Source: an uncultured Acidobacteriota bacterium
Lineage (GTDB): Bacteria > Acidobacteriota > JAQAZP01
Direction: 5' to 3'
Assembly (NCBI GenBank): GCA_963836075.1
Contig: CAWIIB010000001.1
Location: 1,248,001-1,312,000 of the forward strand
Length of the DNA: 64,000 bases
In this document: positions 31,808-41,853 of the stretch, piece by piece
How positions within the stretch are numbered: the first letter of the stretch is position 1
How the letters are laid out: every line of letters begins with the position of its first letter
Notes under the pieces: generated by a model
Told to the model about the DNA's origin: nothing
Database searches by the model: none
The model's input: only the letters and a program-made list of their open reading frames with translations
Position numbers and translations under genes: made by a program

Positions 31808-31859
31808 GTCCGCAAAACTGCGGCCGCCCCCCTCCCGACACATCGTGCTGAAAACAGAA

Positions 31860-31885
31860 CACTTCCTTTGCCGGAAGTGCTTTTC
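31860..31885 (+). terminator. Possible intrinsic terminator
   Basis: CACTTCC-tttgcc-GGAAGTG followed by CTTTT. Confidence 0.4.
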
Positions 31886-32062
31886 CTGATGCTCCATTTC
31901 CATCGGGGTTCACGCCCCCTCCTCCTTGACCACCTCCGGTGCTCGTGATAGTTTTCACGATGTTCCGCCGGCCCGCCCGGTTGGCCCGAACTTCTCCCGC
32001 TGGATCGCTTGTAGAGTTCCCGACTCCGCTGCTGGCGGAGTGTCCAACCCGGAGTCCCGTTG

Positions 32063-34141
32063 ATGACAGGACCGCACCAGATCGCCCTCGCCCCGGCAGA
32101 CCAGAGCTACCTTGGAATACCCGGCCCGGTTCTGCAGTTCATCCTGCTGGCCCTGGCCCTGGCCGCCTTTGCCTGGATCCTCTGGCGGCGGGCCGGCCTG
32201 CTGCGCCGGGCCGCTCCGGACCCGCGGCTGGACAATATCGGCCGGCGGGTACAGCGGGCCCTGGTGGTGGGCTTCGGCCAGTCACGGCAGCCCCGCTACC
32301 GGGTGGCCGGCATCCTGCACATCCTGATCTTCTTCGGTTTCCTGATCCTCTCCCTGCGCTCGCTGACCCTGCTGGGAGAGGGCTTCTCCGCCGGGTTCAC
32401 CCTTCCCGGGCTGGGGGGCGCCGCCGGCGGCCTCTACGCCCTGCTCAAGGAGTGGACCGCCCTGGTGGTGCTGCTCTGCTGCCTGGTGGCCGGCGTCCGG
32501 CGCCTGGTGTTCAAACCGGCCCGTTACCACGACCGCCACGCCACGGTATCGCACACCGGCGAAGCCCTGCTGATCCTCGGGCTGATCTCTTTCCTGATGG
32601 TGGCCGACACCCTCTACGAGGGGAGCCAGGCGGTGCTGTCGGGGGAGCAGGTGTCCGCTGCCATGCCGCTGGTCGGCACGGCAGCCGCCCTGCTCCAGGG
32701 ATGCGGGACCACCACGCTGAACACGATCCACCTGGCAAGTTTCTGGCTGCACAACGCGGCCCTGCTCTTCTTCCTCTGCTACCTGCCGGTGTCCAAACAC
32801 TTCCACGTCATCTCGGCCATCCCCAACGTCTTCTTCTCCAAACTGGCCCCCACCGGCACGTTGAAACCGCCGCGCCACGACGAGCCGGACATGGACAAGA
32901 TCGAGACGCTGGGTGTGGGCTGCCTGGAGGACTTCACCTGGAAACACGTTCTCGACTTCTACAGCTGCACCGACTGCGGCCGCTGCTCCGATGCCTGCCC
33001 GGCTTACGCCACCGGCACTCCACTGTCGCCGCGGATGATCAGCATCAAGAGCCGCGACCTGGCCTACGCCGTCTACCCGGTGCTGGGCAGGTTCCCGCCG
33101 GCGGGGAAGGTCTCGCCGCTGGTGGGACCGCTGGTGGCCGATGAAGAGATCTGGGCCTGCACCACCTGCGGGGCCTGTGAAGAGACCTGTCCGGTGACCA
33201 TCGAGTACCTGGACAAGATCGTCGACATGCGCCGCCACCTGGTGGACGAGGGCCGCGTGCCGGCCAGCCTGCAGAAGCCGATGGCCGACCTGGAGAAGCG
33301 GGGCAACCCCTACGGCAAGATGCCGAGGAAGCGGGGCGACTGGACCGGCACCAAGAAAGAACCCGGCTGCGGCGTCCGCCCGCTGAAGAAAGGCGAGGAG
33401 GCCGACCTGCTGGTCTTCACCGACAGCTGTGCCGCCTTTGACCCGCGGATCCAGGAGATCAGCCGGGCCCTGGGCCGGGTGATGGAGCGGGCCGGACTGG
33501 ATGCCGGCACCCTGGGCAAGGACGAGGTGGACTCGGGCCACGAAGCACGGCGGCTGGGTGAGGAGGGCCTCTTCGAAGATCTGCGGGATCAGAACCTGGA
33601 AGCGCTGGAGCAGCGGTCGTACCAGCGGCTGGTCACCGCCGACCCCCACGCCTTCAACGCCCTGACCCACGACTACCCCGAGATGGAGAAGCCGGTGCTG
33701 CACCACTCCCAGCTGCTGGCCGAACTGCTACGAGAGGGGAAGCTGCCCCTGGGCAACGGCGGGGGGAAGGAGCGCACGGCCACCTTCCACGACCCCTGCT
33801 ACCTGGGGCGGCACAACGGCCTGTTCGAAGCGCCCCGGCAGGTGCTGGCCGCGCTGCCCGGGCTGAAAACCGTGGAGATGCAGCGCTCGCGAAACCGCAG
33901 CTTCTGCTGCGGCGGCGGCTCGCTCTACCTCTTCTACGAAGGCGAATGCGACCGGCGGATGGGCGAGCTGCGGCTGGAGATGGCCGAAGAAGCCGGGGCG
34001 GACACGGTGGTCACCGCCTGCCCCTTCTGCCTGATCAATCTTGAAGACGCCATAAAAACAACCGGCCGTGAAGGCAGGATGGAGGTCATCGACCTGGCCG
34101 AACTGGTGGAACAGTCGCTGGTTCGGGAGGAGACGGCCTGA
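32063..34141 (+). CDS. Membrane Fe-S oxidoreductase (FadF/DUF224 heterodisulfide reductase-like, ETF partner)
   Basis: N-terminal TM helices; CTDCGRCSDACP and CTTCGACEETCP ferredoxin motifs; HDPCYLGR, CCGGG and ACPFC CCG domain. Confidence 0.92.
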   Translation: MTGPHQIALAPADQSYLGIPGPVLQFILLALALAAFAWILWRRAGLLRRAAPDPRLDNIGRRVQRALVVGFGQSRQPRYRVAGILHILIFFGFLILSLRSLTLLGEGFSAGFTLPGLGGAAGGLYALLKEWTALVVLLCCLVAGVRRLVFKPARYHDRHATVSHTGEALLILGLISFLMVADTLYEGSQAVLSGEQVSAAMPLVGTAAALLQGCGTTTLNTIHLASFWLHNAALLFFLCYLPVSKHFHVISAIPNVFFSKLAPTGTLKPPRHDEPDMDKIETLGVGCLEDFTWKHVLDFYSCTDCGRCSDACPAYATGTPLSPRMISIKSRDLAYAVYPVLGRFPPAGKVSPLVGPLVADEEIWACTTCGACEETCPVTIEYLDKIVDMRRHLVDEGRVPASLQKPMADLEKRGNPYGKMPRKRGDWTGTKKEPGCGVRPLKKGEEADLLVFTDSCAAFDPRIQEISRALGRVMERAGLDAGTLGKDEVDSGHEARRLGEEGLFEDLRDQNLEALEQRSYQRLVTADPHAFNALTHDYPEMEKPVLHHSQLLAELLREGKLPLGNGGGKERTATFHDPCYLGRHNGLFEAPRQVLAALPGLKTVEMQRSRNRSFCCGGGSLYLFYEGECDRRMGELRLEMAEEAGADTVVTACPFCLINLEDAIKTTGREGRMEVIDLAELVEQSLVREETA

Positions 34142-34178
34142 GGCCGCCCGGCCGGCGGATGGAACCTGGGGAGGATAT

Positions 34179-34966
34179 ATGGAAATCATCGTCTGCATCA
34201 AACGAGTGCCCGACGTGTCCGAGGTGGAGGTGGAAGTCGACCGCTCCGGCCTGGGCATCGAGGAGGCCGACCTGGTCTACGGCATCAACGAGTGGGACAA
34301 CTTCGCCATCGAGGCCGCGGTCCAGCTGAAGGAGGCCCACGGCGGGCGAGTCACCGCCATCACCGTGGGCGGCGAGGACGACGAGGAGGTGCTGCGCCGC
34401 GCCCTGGCCATGGGCGCCGACGAGGCCCTGCACCTCAAGGACCCCGCCTTCGAGGGCTCCGACGGCCACGGCATCGCCACCATCCTGCACAAGGCCATCA
34501 CCGCCCGGCCCCACGACCTGGTGCTCACCGGCGCCATCTCCGGTGACGACGGCAGCGGCCACGTGGGCGGCATGCTGGCGGCCAAGCTGGGCATCCGCCA
34601 GGTGGCCCTGGCCACCGGCCTCACCGTGGACAGAAGCCGGGCCACCGTGCGCCACGAAGTGGAGGGCGGGCTGGAGCGGGTGGTGGAGCTGGACCTGCCG
34701 GCCCTGGTCACCGTGCAGACCGGCATCAACGAGCCGCGCTACGTCTCGATCCGCGGCATCCGCAAGGTATCGGGGATGGAGATCCCGGCGGCCACGGCCT
34801 CGGACCTGGGCCTCGACCCGGCAACGGTGGGCGCGCAGGGGGCACGGGTAATCACCGAAGAACTCTTCCTCCCCCCCGGGGCGAGGGTGCCGAGATGCTG
34901 GAAGGCGACGACGAGGAAATGGTGGACAAGCTCATCGAGCGGCTTCGTGAACATGGAGGGCTGTAG
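34179..34966 (+). CDS. etfB: Electron transfer flavoprotein beta subunit (frameshift in the C/G homopolymer near 34875)
   Basis: IIVCIKRVPD, ALAMGAD, INEPRYVS; the natural C-terminus GEGAEMLEGDDEEMVDKLIERLREHGGL* lies in another frame ending at 34966. Confidence 0.92.
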
Positions 34967-34968
34967 CC

Positions 34969-35949
34969 ATGAGCACACGCACGATACTGGTGCTGGTGGA
35001 ACGGACCAAGGGTGAGCTCGATGACAGCGCCCTGGAACTGGCATCTGAAGCCCGCCGGCTTTCCGGTGGCGGCCCGGTGCACGCGGCGCTGACCGGCAGC
35101 GGACTGGGCGACCTGCCCGGCCGGCTCAGCGAATGGTTCGACCAGGTGCACGTCTTCGACGACCCGCAGCTCGATGAGCCGGACGGCGAGGCCGCGGCCG
35201 AGCTGCTGTTCAATCTCATCGAACGCGACCGGCCCTGGATCACCCTGATCCCGCACACCAACAACGGCATGGACCTGGCCCCGGTGCTGGCGGTGAAAGC
35301 CGACTGCCCGCTGATCGCCGACTGCCTCTCCATTACCGCCACGGATGACGGGCTCTCCGCCGTACGCACCGTCTATGGCGGCAAGGTGCACGCCAGGGTC
35401 ACCGCCCGTTCCTCGGACAAGGGGCTGATGGCCACGGTGCGCCCGGGCAGCTGCGCCGCCGAGCCGGAGGCGCCCGGCGCCGGCGGGGCCGTGGTGCAGG
35501 AACAGGTTCCGGAAAATCTGGTGGCCCACCGCCGTTTCGTGGAGACGCTGACCCCCGAGGCCGGCGCGGTGGACATCACCCAGGCGGAAATCCTGGTGGC
35601 CGTGGGCCGGGGGATCGAGGAGCAGGAGAACCTGGAGATCATCCAGTCCCTGGCCGAAGCGCTGGGCGCCGAGGTGGCCTGCTCCCGCCCGGTGGTGGAC
35701 AAGAACTGGCTGCCCAAGAATCACCAGGTGGGCACGTCCGGGCTCACCGTCAAGCCGCGGGTCTACATCGCCGCCGGCATCAGCGGTTCGTTCCAGCACA
35801 TGGGCGGGCTGAAGGGCGGCGCGTTCATCGCCGCGATCAACAAGGACCCGGCGGCACCGATCTTCGGTGTGGCCGATGTGGGTATCGTGGGAGACCTGTT
35901 TGACATCGTTCCGCTGCTCGAAGAAAAGATTCGGGAGCTGAAAGGATAA
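34969..35949 (+). CDS. etfA: Electron transfer flavoprotein alpha subunit
   Basis: ACSRPVVD, QVGTSG, GISGSFQH, AINKDPAAPIF. Confidence 0.95.
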   Translation: MSTRTILVLVERTKGELDDSALELASEARRLSGGGPVHAALTGSGLGDLPGRLSEWFDQVHVFDDPQLDEPDGEAAAELLFNLIERDRPWITLIPHTNNGMDLAPVLAVKADCPLIADCLSITATDDGLSAVRTVYGGKVHARVTARSSDKGLMATVRPGSCAAEPEAPGAGGAVVQEQVPENLVAHRRFVETLTPEAGAVDITQAEILVAVGRGIEEQENLEIIQSLAEALGAEVACSRPVVDKNWLPKNHQVGTSGLTVKPRVYIAAGISGSFQHMGGLKGGAFIAAINKDPAAPIFGVADVGIVGDLFDIVPLLEEKIRELKG

Positions 35950-35967
35950 CCATCCGGAGGCATCGAC

Positions 35968-37116
35968 ATGGATTTTGAACTGACCAAGGCACAGAAGGAC
36001 ATCCAGAAGGCGGCCCGGGAGTTCGCCAAGGGCGAGTTCGACAAGGAGCTGGCCCTGGAAATGGACAACAACCACGAATACCCGAAAAAGATCTGGAAGA
36101 AGGCCTGCGGCGAAGGGTTCATCGGCCTGCACTTCCCGGAGAAGTACGAGGGTTCCGGCTACGGCTGCCTGGAGAACGTCCTGGTGGTGGAGGAGTTCTG
36201 CAAGGCCGACTCCTCCATCGGCGCCGCACTGATGCTCGCCGACTTCGCTTCGGAGAACATCCTCCGCTTCGGCACCGACGAGCAGAAGGAGAAGTGGCTC
36301 ACCCCGGTGGCCACCGGCGAAATGATCTCCGGCGGCGCGATCACCGAACCGGACCACGGCAGCGACATCACCCGCATGAACACCACGGCGGTGAAGGACG
36401 GTGACGAGTGGTTGATCAACGGCACCAAGACCTTCATCACCAACGCCGGCATCGCCGCCTACTACGTGACCATCTGCCAGACCGACCCCGAGGCGGGCCA
36501 CAAGGGCCAGTCGATGATCATCGTCCCCGGGGACGCCAAGGGCCTCGAGTCGGCCGACGTGGGCCACAAGATGGGCATCCGCATGATCCCCACCGGCGAG
36601 CTGTCGTACAAGGACGTGCGTGTGCCGCTGGACAACCTGGTGGGCAAGGAGGGCAAGGGCTTCTACCAGATCCTCGAGTTCTTCGACGAGAGCCGCATCG
36701 AAACCGCGGCCCAGGGCCTGGGCACCGCCCAGGGGGCCTTTGACCGGGCGCTGGCCTACGTCAAGGGCCGGGAGCAGTTCGGCAAGAAGATCGCCCAGTT
36801 CCAGGCCACCCAGCACAAGCTGGCCGACATGGCGACCAAGATCGAGCTGGCCCGCCTGATCACCTACAAGGCGGCCTGGAACTTCGACCAGGGACGCATC
36901 GACCCCAAGCTGACCTCGATGGCCAAGTGGTATGCCGCGCGCACCGCCTGCGAGGTGGCCGACGAGGCGATCCAGCTGCTGGGCGGCTACGGTTACGTGG
37001 CCGAGTTCGAGGTGGAACGCTACTACCGCGACGCCAAGATCTGCGAGATCTACGAGGGGACCCGCGAGATCCAGAAGAACACCATCGCCTCCTCGGTGAT
37101 CGGGAAACTGAAGTAG
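35968..37116 (+). CDS. Acyl-CoA dehydrogenase
   Basis: AITEPDHGSD, NGTKTFITN, REQFGK, QLLGGYGY, YRDAKICEIYEGT. Confidence 0.96.
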   Translation: MDFELTKAQKDIQKAAREFAKGEFDKELALEMDNNHEYPKKIWKKACGEGFIGLHFPEKYEGSGYGCLENVLVVEEFCKADSSIGAALMLADFASENILRFGTDEQKEKWLTPVATGEMISGGAITEPDHGSDITRMNTTAVKDGDEWLINGTKTFITNAGIAAYYVTICQTDPEAGHKGQSMIIVPGDAKGLESADVGHKMGIRMIPTGELSYKDVRVPLDNLVGKEGKGFYQILEFFDESRIETAAQGLGTAQGAFDRALAYVKGREQFGKKIAQFQATQHKLADMATKIELARLITYKAAWNFDQGRIDPKLTSMAKWYAARTACEVADEAIQLLGGYGYVAEFEVERYYRDAKICEIYEGTREIQKNTIASSVIGKLK

Positions 37117-37163
37117 ACAGGGTCATTCGCGGGTGGGTGAGCCGACGGGATGTTGCGGCGATC

Positions 37164-37325
37164 TCACCCGCGTTCGTTGTACACCTGGTGGACCATCCGG
37201 ATGAACCAGGGCGGCCGGGTGATGGCCACCACCAGCAGTACCGCCCCCAGGATGGGCAGCGGGATCACCAGGTCCACCAGAAAAACCACCGTCAGCCCAA
37301 CCAGTATTCGGCTGCGTGCTGTCAT
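37164..37325 (-). CDS. Small membrane protein, 53 aa (absent from the ORF track)
   Basis: Manual translation MTARSRILVGLTVVFLVDLVIPLPILGAVLLVVAITRPPWFIRMVHQVYNERG*; TAAGGT upstream. Confidence 0.65.
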   Translation of the reverse strand: MTARSRILVGLTVVFLVDLVIPLPILGAVLLVVAITRPPWFIRMVHQVYNERG

Positions 37326-37541
37326 GGATTTGATACCTTATTAGAAATCAATCATTCTCACCAGGCCCGGCCAAGAGCATTGACTGTCCCCTGGGGCTGT
37401 GTAATACTCTGACCTGCCTTGTCTTGGAGCGGGTCGTGTTATCCCGTGCCCATGCCGTTTCCGGACCTCGATAACGGCTCTCGCGGATTTCCGCTTCCCC
37501 CTATTTGCCATACTTGTCATTGTCTCTGGAGGGAGTACTCT

Positions 37542-39455
37542 ATGTCCAAGACCCATTCGATTCTATCATTTGCTGCATTCGTCATGCTCGTCGCCCTGTT
37601 CGCTGCCACTCCCCTCTCCGCCGACACGGTGAGCGGGACGGTGGTCAACCAGTACGGGCCGGTGGAAGGGGCCCGGGTGCGGGTCCAGACTGCCACGGAT
37701 CCAAACTTCGTCCTCACCGATGCCAGCGGTAACTTCACCCTGGAGACTCCGGCGGGCGACGTAATCGTCACTGCCGGAAAATACCTCAACACCTGCGGCT
37801 ACGCGAACACCACCGGCGGCAGCAGCGGGGTGGAGATCGAGCTCACCTCTCTCACCTACCTCGATTACATGGCCTACGAATGGATCGACCCGCGTTCCGA
37901 CTCCGGCGACGCCTGGCGCTGCAGCCAGTGTCACACCAGGTTCTACGACCAGTGGGCAGTCTCGGTGATGGCCACCACGGTGGACAATGTCTACGTGCAA
38001 AGCTACTACAACGGCACTGACATCTTCGGCAACCCCGCCGGTTTCGGCTACCGGGTCGAGCACCCGGACGACTACGGCGACTGCGCCGGATGCCACGCGC
38101 CGGGCATGGCCAGCAAGAGCCTCGACCTGACCAGCGAGGACTGGAACCTGAACAACGCCACCGGCGACCTGATGGCCGGCATCCACTGTGACTGGTGCCA
38201 CAAGGTCTCCGATGTCAAACCAACCACGGAGCCCCCCTACGTCACGAAGAAATACGCGATGAAACGGCCGTTCAACGAGATCCCCAACGGCGGGGCGGGG
38301 CCGATGCTCGGGTCGCTGGACGACATCGTCTACGAGTGGATGGGGGCCACCTACTCGCCGCTCATGAAGGACAGCACCATCTGCGCTCTCTGCCACCTGG
38401 ACAACAGCCATGCCGGCGTGCCCAGCGAGGAGACCTTTGCCGAGTGGCAGAAGAGCAGTTACCCGGCGGCCGGTGAAGGCTGCCCCGAATGCCACATGGA
38501 GCCCTATGGCGACACCACCATCATCGACGGTGGCATCGACCGCGATCCGAACCAGGTGCACAACCACCACTTCTACGGCAAGACCGAGGCGGATCTGACC
38601 AACGCCGTAACCCTGACCATCGACGCGGTGCGCGAAGGCGGCCAGGTGACGGCCACGGTACACATCGAAAACACCGATACCGGCCACTCGGTGCCCACCG
38701 GCTTCCACACCCGCAACCTGATTCTGCTGGTGGAAGCAACCGACAGCAGCAGCGCACCGCTGACTCCGGTTCCCGCCTCCACCGAGTTTGTTCCCGACTG
38801 GGGCGGCATCGGCGATCCCGGCGACGGCAACTACGCCGGCCTGCCGGGCCGGGGGATCGCCAAGATTCTGGGTGACGATGACGGCAACGCGCCGGTGTTC
38901 TACACCGAAGCGACCCACGTGGTTTCCGACAACCGCATCGTTGCCGAAACCACCGATACATCGATCTACACCTTCGAGGACCCCGGTCCGTCCGCCGGTT
39001 CGATCACCGTGAACGCCAGGCTGCTCTACCGCCGGAGCTGGAAGGCGGACATGGACGTCAAGCAGTGGGGCATCCCCGACGTGTTGATGGAACAGGATTC
39101 GGTGGATCTCCCGTCCGACGCGTCGATCACCGTGGAAGCCGAGGTGGTGGGCCCGTCACAACTGGAACGGGGCGACACCCTCCTGTTCCGGGTCACGCTG
39201 ACCAACCTGACCACCAGCCCGGTCACCGCGGCCACCCGGTCCGAGGTCACCGTGCCGGGCGGGACCGTGATTACCCGCGGTCCGGCGAACATCGATCTGG
39301 GACCGCTGGAAATCCACTCCAAGGTCTACCACTGGCCGGTCCACAACCTGGCCCCCTTCGGCAGCTACCTGATGGACGTGATCAGCGAAGTTGGGGGCTC
39401 GGAAGCCGACCGGGACAGTCTGACCTTTGAAGTGGTTCCACCGCCGGAGCCATGA
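37542..39455 (+). CDS. Secreted pentaheme cytochrome c with N-terminal carboxypeptidase-regulatory-like and C-terminal Ig-like domains
   Basis: Signal peptide; CSQCH, CAGCH, CDWCH, CALCH, CPECH; GHSVPTG...RNLILLV motif; RBS GGAG. Confidence 0.9.
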   Translation: MSKTHSILSFAAFVMLVALFAATPLSADTVSGTVVNQYGPVEGARVRVQTATDPNFVLTDASGNFTLETPAGDVIVTAGKYLNTCGYANTTGGSSGVEIELTSLTYLDYMAYEWIDPRSDSGDAWRCSQCHTRFYDQWAVSVMATTVDNVYVQSYYNGTDIFGNPAGFGYRVEHPDDYGDCAGCHAPGMASKSLDLTSEDWNLNNATGDLMAGIHCDWCHKVSDVKPTTEPPYVTKKYAMKRPFNEIPNGGAGPMLGSLDDIVYEWMGATYSPLMKDSTICALCHLDNSHAGVPSEETFAEWQKSSYPAAGEGCPECHMEPYGDTTIIDGGIDRDPNQVHNHHFYGKTEADLTNAVTLTIDAVREGGQVTATVHIENTDTGHSVPTGFHTRNLILLVEATDSSSAPLTPVPASTEFVPDWGGIGDPGDGNYAGLPGRGIAKILGDDDGNAPVFYTEATHVVSDNRIVAETTDTSIYTFEDPGPSAGSITVNARLLYRRSWKADMDVKQWGIPDVLMEQDSVDLPSDASITVEAEVVGPSQLERGDTLLFRVTLTNLTTSPVTAATRSEVTVPGGTVITRGPANIDLGPLEIHSKVYHWPVHNLAPFGSYLMDVISEVGGSEADRDSLTFEVVPPPEP

Positions 39456-39477
39456 TCCGCGAACCCCACCGTACATG

Positions 39478-39510
39478 AGAAACGCCCCCCGTAACGGGGG
39501 GCGTTTCTTT
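39478..39510. terminator. Intrinsic terminator between convergent genes
   Basis: Perfect 14-bp stem AGAAACGCCCCCCG-taa-CGGGGGGCGTTTCT, followed by TT. Confidence 0.85.
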
Positions 39511-39529
39511 GGTTGCGGGGGACGGCCCC

Positions 39530-39988
39530 TCAGGCCTCCACCGGTTCCTTTTCCGCGCCGCCGGCCGCCTCGACCTTTTTGTGATGCATGGCCACGATAT
39601 CCTCGAGGGTGATACCGTCCATGAAGTCGGTCATCCGAATGGAGATGTCGCTCCAGATATCCTGGGTCACGCAGATCTCCGAACGGGCGCACTCCTCCGG
39701 CATCTCCTGGCAGTGCACCAGGGAGACCGGACCCTCCAGGGCGGTGAGCATCTGGTTGAGGGTGATTTCCGCCGGGTCCCGCGCCAGAACGTAGCCCCCG
39801 CGAGGGCCACGGTAGGCCTTGACCAGGCCGGCCACCCGGAGCAGGGTGAGCACGTGTTCCAGGTATTTCACCGGAATTTCCTGTGCCGCCGCCACCTGTT
39901 TGATCAGCACCGGCCCGCTCCCACGGCGCAGAGCCAGTTCCAGCATGCTGCGCGTTCCGTATCTTCCCTTGGTGGACAAACGAATCAT
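39530..39988 (-). CDS. Rrf2 family transcriptional regulator (IscR/CymR-like, three Cys)
   Basis: LSTKGRYG, YLEHVL, RGPRGGYVLAR, C-x6-C-x5-C. Confidence 0.93.
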   Translation of the reverse strand: MIRLSTKGRYGTRSMLELALRRGSGPVLIKQVAAAQEIPVKYLEHVLTLLRVAGLVKAYRGPRGGYVLARDPAEITLNQMLTALEGPVSLVHCQEMPEECARSEICVTQDIWSDISIRMTDFMDGITLEDIVAMHHKKVEAAGGAEKEPVEA

Positions 39989-40112
39989 TAGACTGTTTCA
40001 CCTGTAAATGAGGATGGATAAAACCGGCCCGGATCCCTGATCCGGCGCAACATCAGTAAACTCAGAGACAAATCTCAACAACGTCTACGTTTATTGTATC
40101 GCCTACGATGTA

Positions 40113-40140
40113 AGTATAGATGCGGAGATCACGTTGTCAA
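40113..40140 (-). promoter_or_regulatory. Putative sigma70 promoter of the Rrf2 gene
   Basis: TTGACA-N16-TATACT on the - strand. Confidence 0.55.
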
Positions 40141-40167
40141 GGAGAGGCCGGAAAAAGTTGGTGTGAC

Positions 40168-40422
40168 TCACTTTTTCCGCTTTGAACCGCCGGTCTTGTG
40201 GCCGGGCATGGAAGAGAGCACCTGGTCGAAGAGCGAACTCTTTGAATCTTTCTTCCTCCGGGTGTCCCGGGCGTGACGGTAGGGGTGCTCGTTCTGGCAG
40301 GTGAGACAACGGGTCTTCTTGACCTCCTCGTCCACCATGGCCACCACGCCGTGGTTCAGGATCAACCTGCACCGGGGGCAGAAATCGTCAATCATGTCAC
40401 CGAGTGATATCTTGTTCTCCAT
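40168..40422 (-). CDS. Small zinc-ribbon hypothetical protein
   Basis: CPRC...CLTC..EH; RBS GAGGAGG. Confidence 0.75.
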   Translation of the reverse strand: MENKISLGDMIDDFCPRCRLILNHGVVAMVDEEVKKTRCLTCQNEHPYRHARDTRRKKDSKSSLFDQVLSSMPGHKTGGSKRKK

Positions 40423-40499
40423 GAATCCTCCTCAAGGTCGACTGTGGCAACCATCACGGGAATTCTATGAGATCGGCCGGATGTTGACAACCTCGCGGA

Positions 40500-41837
40500 T
40501 CATCCCCGGCCCAGCAGTTTCCGCAGCAGCCCTTTGAATCGCTCCGCCAGGCCATGCACGGCCATCCCCCAGCGGGTCCCCGGGTTGCAGTAAAAAAGGG
40601 ACCGCAGTTCGTCCACGCTCTCCGGCAGCAGGTCCTGGTCGGCGGAGACCACACCCTCCTCAAGGGCTCGACCATAGAGCCCGGTATCCGGTTCCAGACG
40701 GATGTGGTTGATGAAAAAAGCCACCAACCGCCGGCCGAGAGTCAGCTTGGCCCGCAGGTAGAAAAAGAACAGACCGAAAATGTCCGTGGCCCTCTCCCCC
40801 GGCGGATTGGCGACAAAATTCCAGGAGACCCGCATCTGCCGGTTCTTTTTCGCCAGGCGATAGCTGTTGCGGATATCCTCCGGACGGATGTTTTTCTTCA
40901 GCAGCTCCAGCGACCGGCGGCCGTAGCCGTCGGGCGAGAAGACGAACTCGGCGCATCCCGCCTCCAGTGACAGGTCCACCATATCCTGGTCCAGCTGCCG
41001 CTCGTTGAACCAGCCAATCCACTTCACCGGCAATTTCGCCCCGATCAGCGCCCGACAGAAATTCACCGCACTCTCCCGGGGCACATTGAAGATCGGATCG
41101 GTGAGGTGGAACAGTGACACTCCATGCTCGCGGTGGAACCAGGCCATCTCCTGCACCACCACTTCCGGCGGCCGGCAGCGGACGCGGCGGCCGCCAAGGA
41201 AGGGGTAGGAACAGTAGTCGCACTTCAGGGTGCAGCCCCTCTTGTATTCGATGCCAAAAGCTCCGTAGTCACCATAGGGGCCCATATGGAGGGGAGCCAT
41301 GGTCCGTGGCGGGATGGCCGAGAGATCCATGGGCGACCGTGGGCCGCCGAAGTGAACCACGCCGTCCCTGTCCCGGTGGTATAGCCCGGCAACCCCCTCC
41401 GGGTCGCCGGAGCGGTCCAGCAGCTCGCAAAGGGTCTCCTCTCCCTCGAGAAAAACACCGTAACGCAGTTCGGGGTTGCGCTCCATGATCGCCGCAGCGT
41501 GCATGGAAAACCCCGCCCCACCGATGGCCACCACCGACTGCGGGGATTGGCGGGCAATGGTCTGCAGCAGCGGCGGCAGGAAGGCGTAGTGGTAGTGCAG
41601 GTCCAGACGGTTGGTGGTGTCGACGTTGCGCAGTGAAAGACAGACCAGGTCGGGCCGGCGCTCCAGGGCGGTGGCGAGAGCGGCACCGGGATCGGGAGCC
41701 GCATTCTGATCCAGCAGGCTGAGCTCCAGCCCCGGCCGTTTCCAGGCGAGGTAGCAATAGAGCGCGTGAAGGCCGATGGGAAAGATGACCTTCTCGCGAC
41801 GGCCAAGGAAAGGCTGGAGAAAGAGGATGCTGTTCAC
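40500..41837 (-). CDS. B12-binding radical SAM protein
   Basis: N-terminal cobalamin-binding region (SLRNVD, IGGAGFS); KRGCTLKCDYCSYP; GTG start estimated. Confidence 0.88.
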   Translation of the reverse strand: MNSILFLQPFLGRREKVIFPIGLHALYCYLAWKRPGLELSLLDQNAAPDPGAALATALERRPDLVCLSLRNVDTTNRLDLHYHYAFLPPLLQTIARQSPQSVVAIGGAGFSMHAAAIMERNPELRYGVFLEGEETLCELLDRSGDPEGVAGLYHRDRDGVVHFGGPRSPMDLSAIPPRTMAPLHMGPYGDYGAFGIEYKRGCTLKCDYCSYPFLGGRRVRCRPPEVVVQEMAWFHREHGVSLFHLTDPIFNVPRESAVNFCRALIGAKLPVKWIGWFNERQLDQDMVDLSLEAGCAEFVFSPDGYGRRSLELLKKNIRPEDIRNSYRLAKKNRQMRVSWNFVANPPGERATDIFGLFFFYLRAKLTLGRRLVAFFINHIRLEPDTGLYGRALEEGVVSADQDLLPESVDELRSLFYCNPGTRWGMAVHGLAERFKGLLRKLLGRG

Positions 41838-41853
41838 GAATCGAACACCCGGG

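Noticed and set aside
37380-37541. Possible riboswitch in the cytochrome leader
   Set aside because: No recognisable aptamer consensus or clear terminator.
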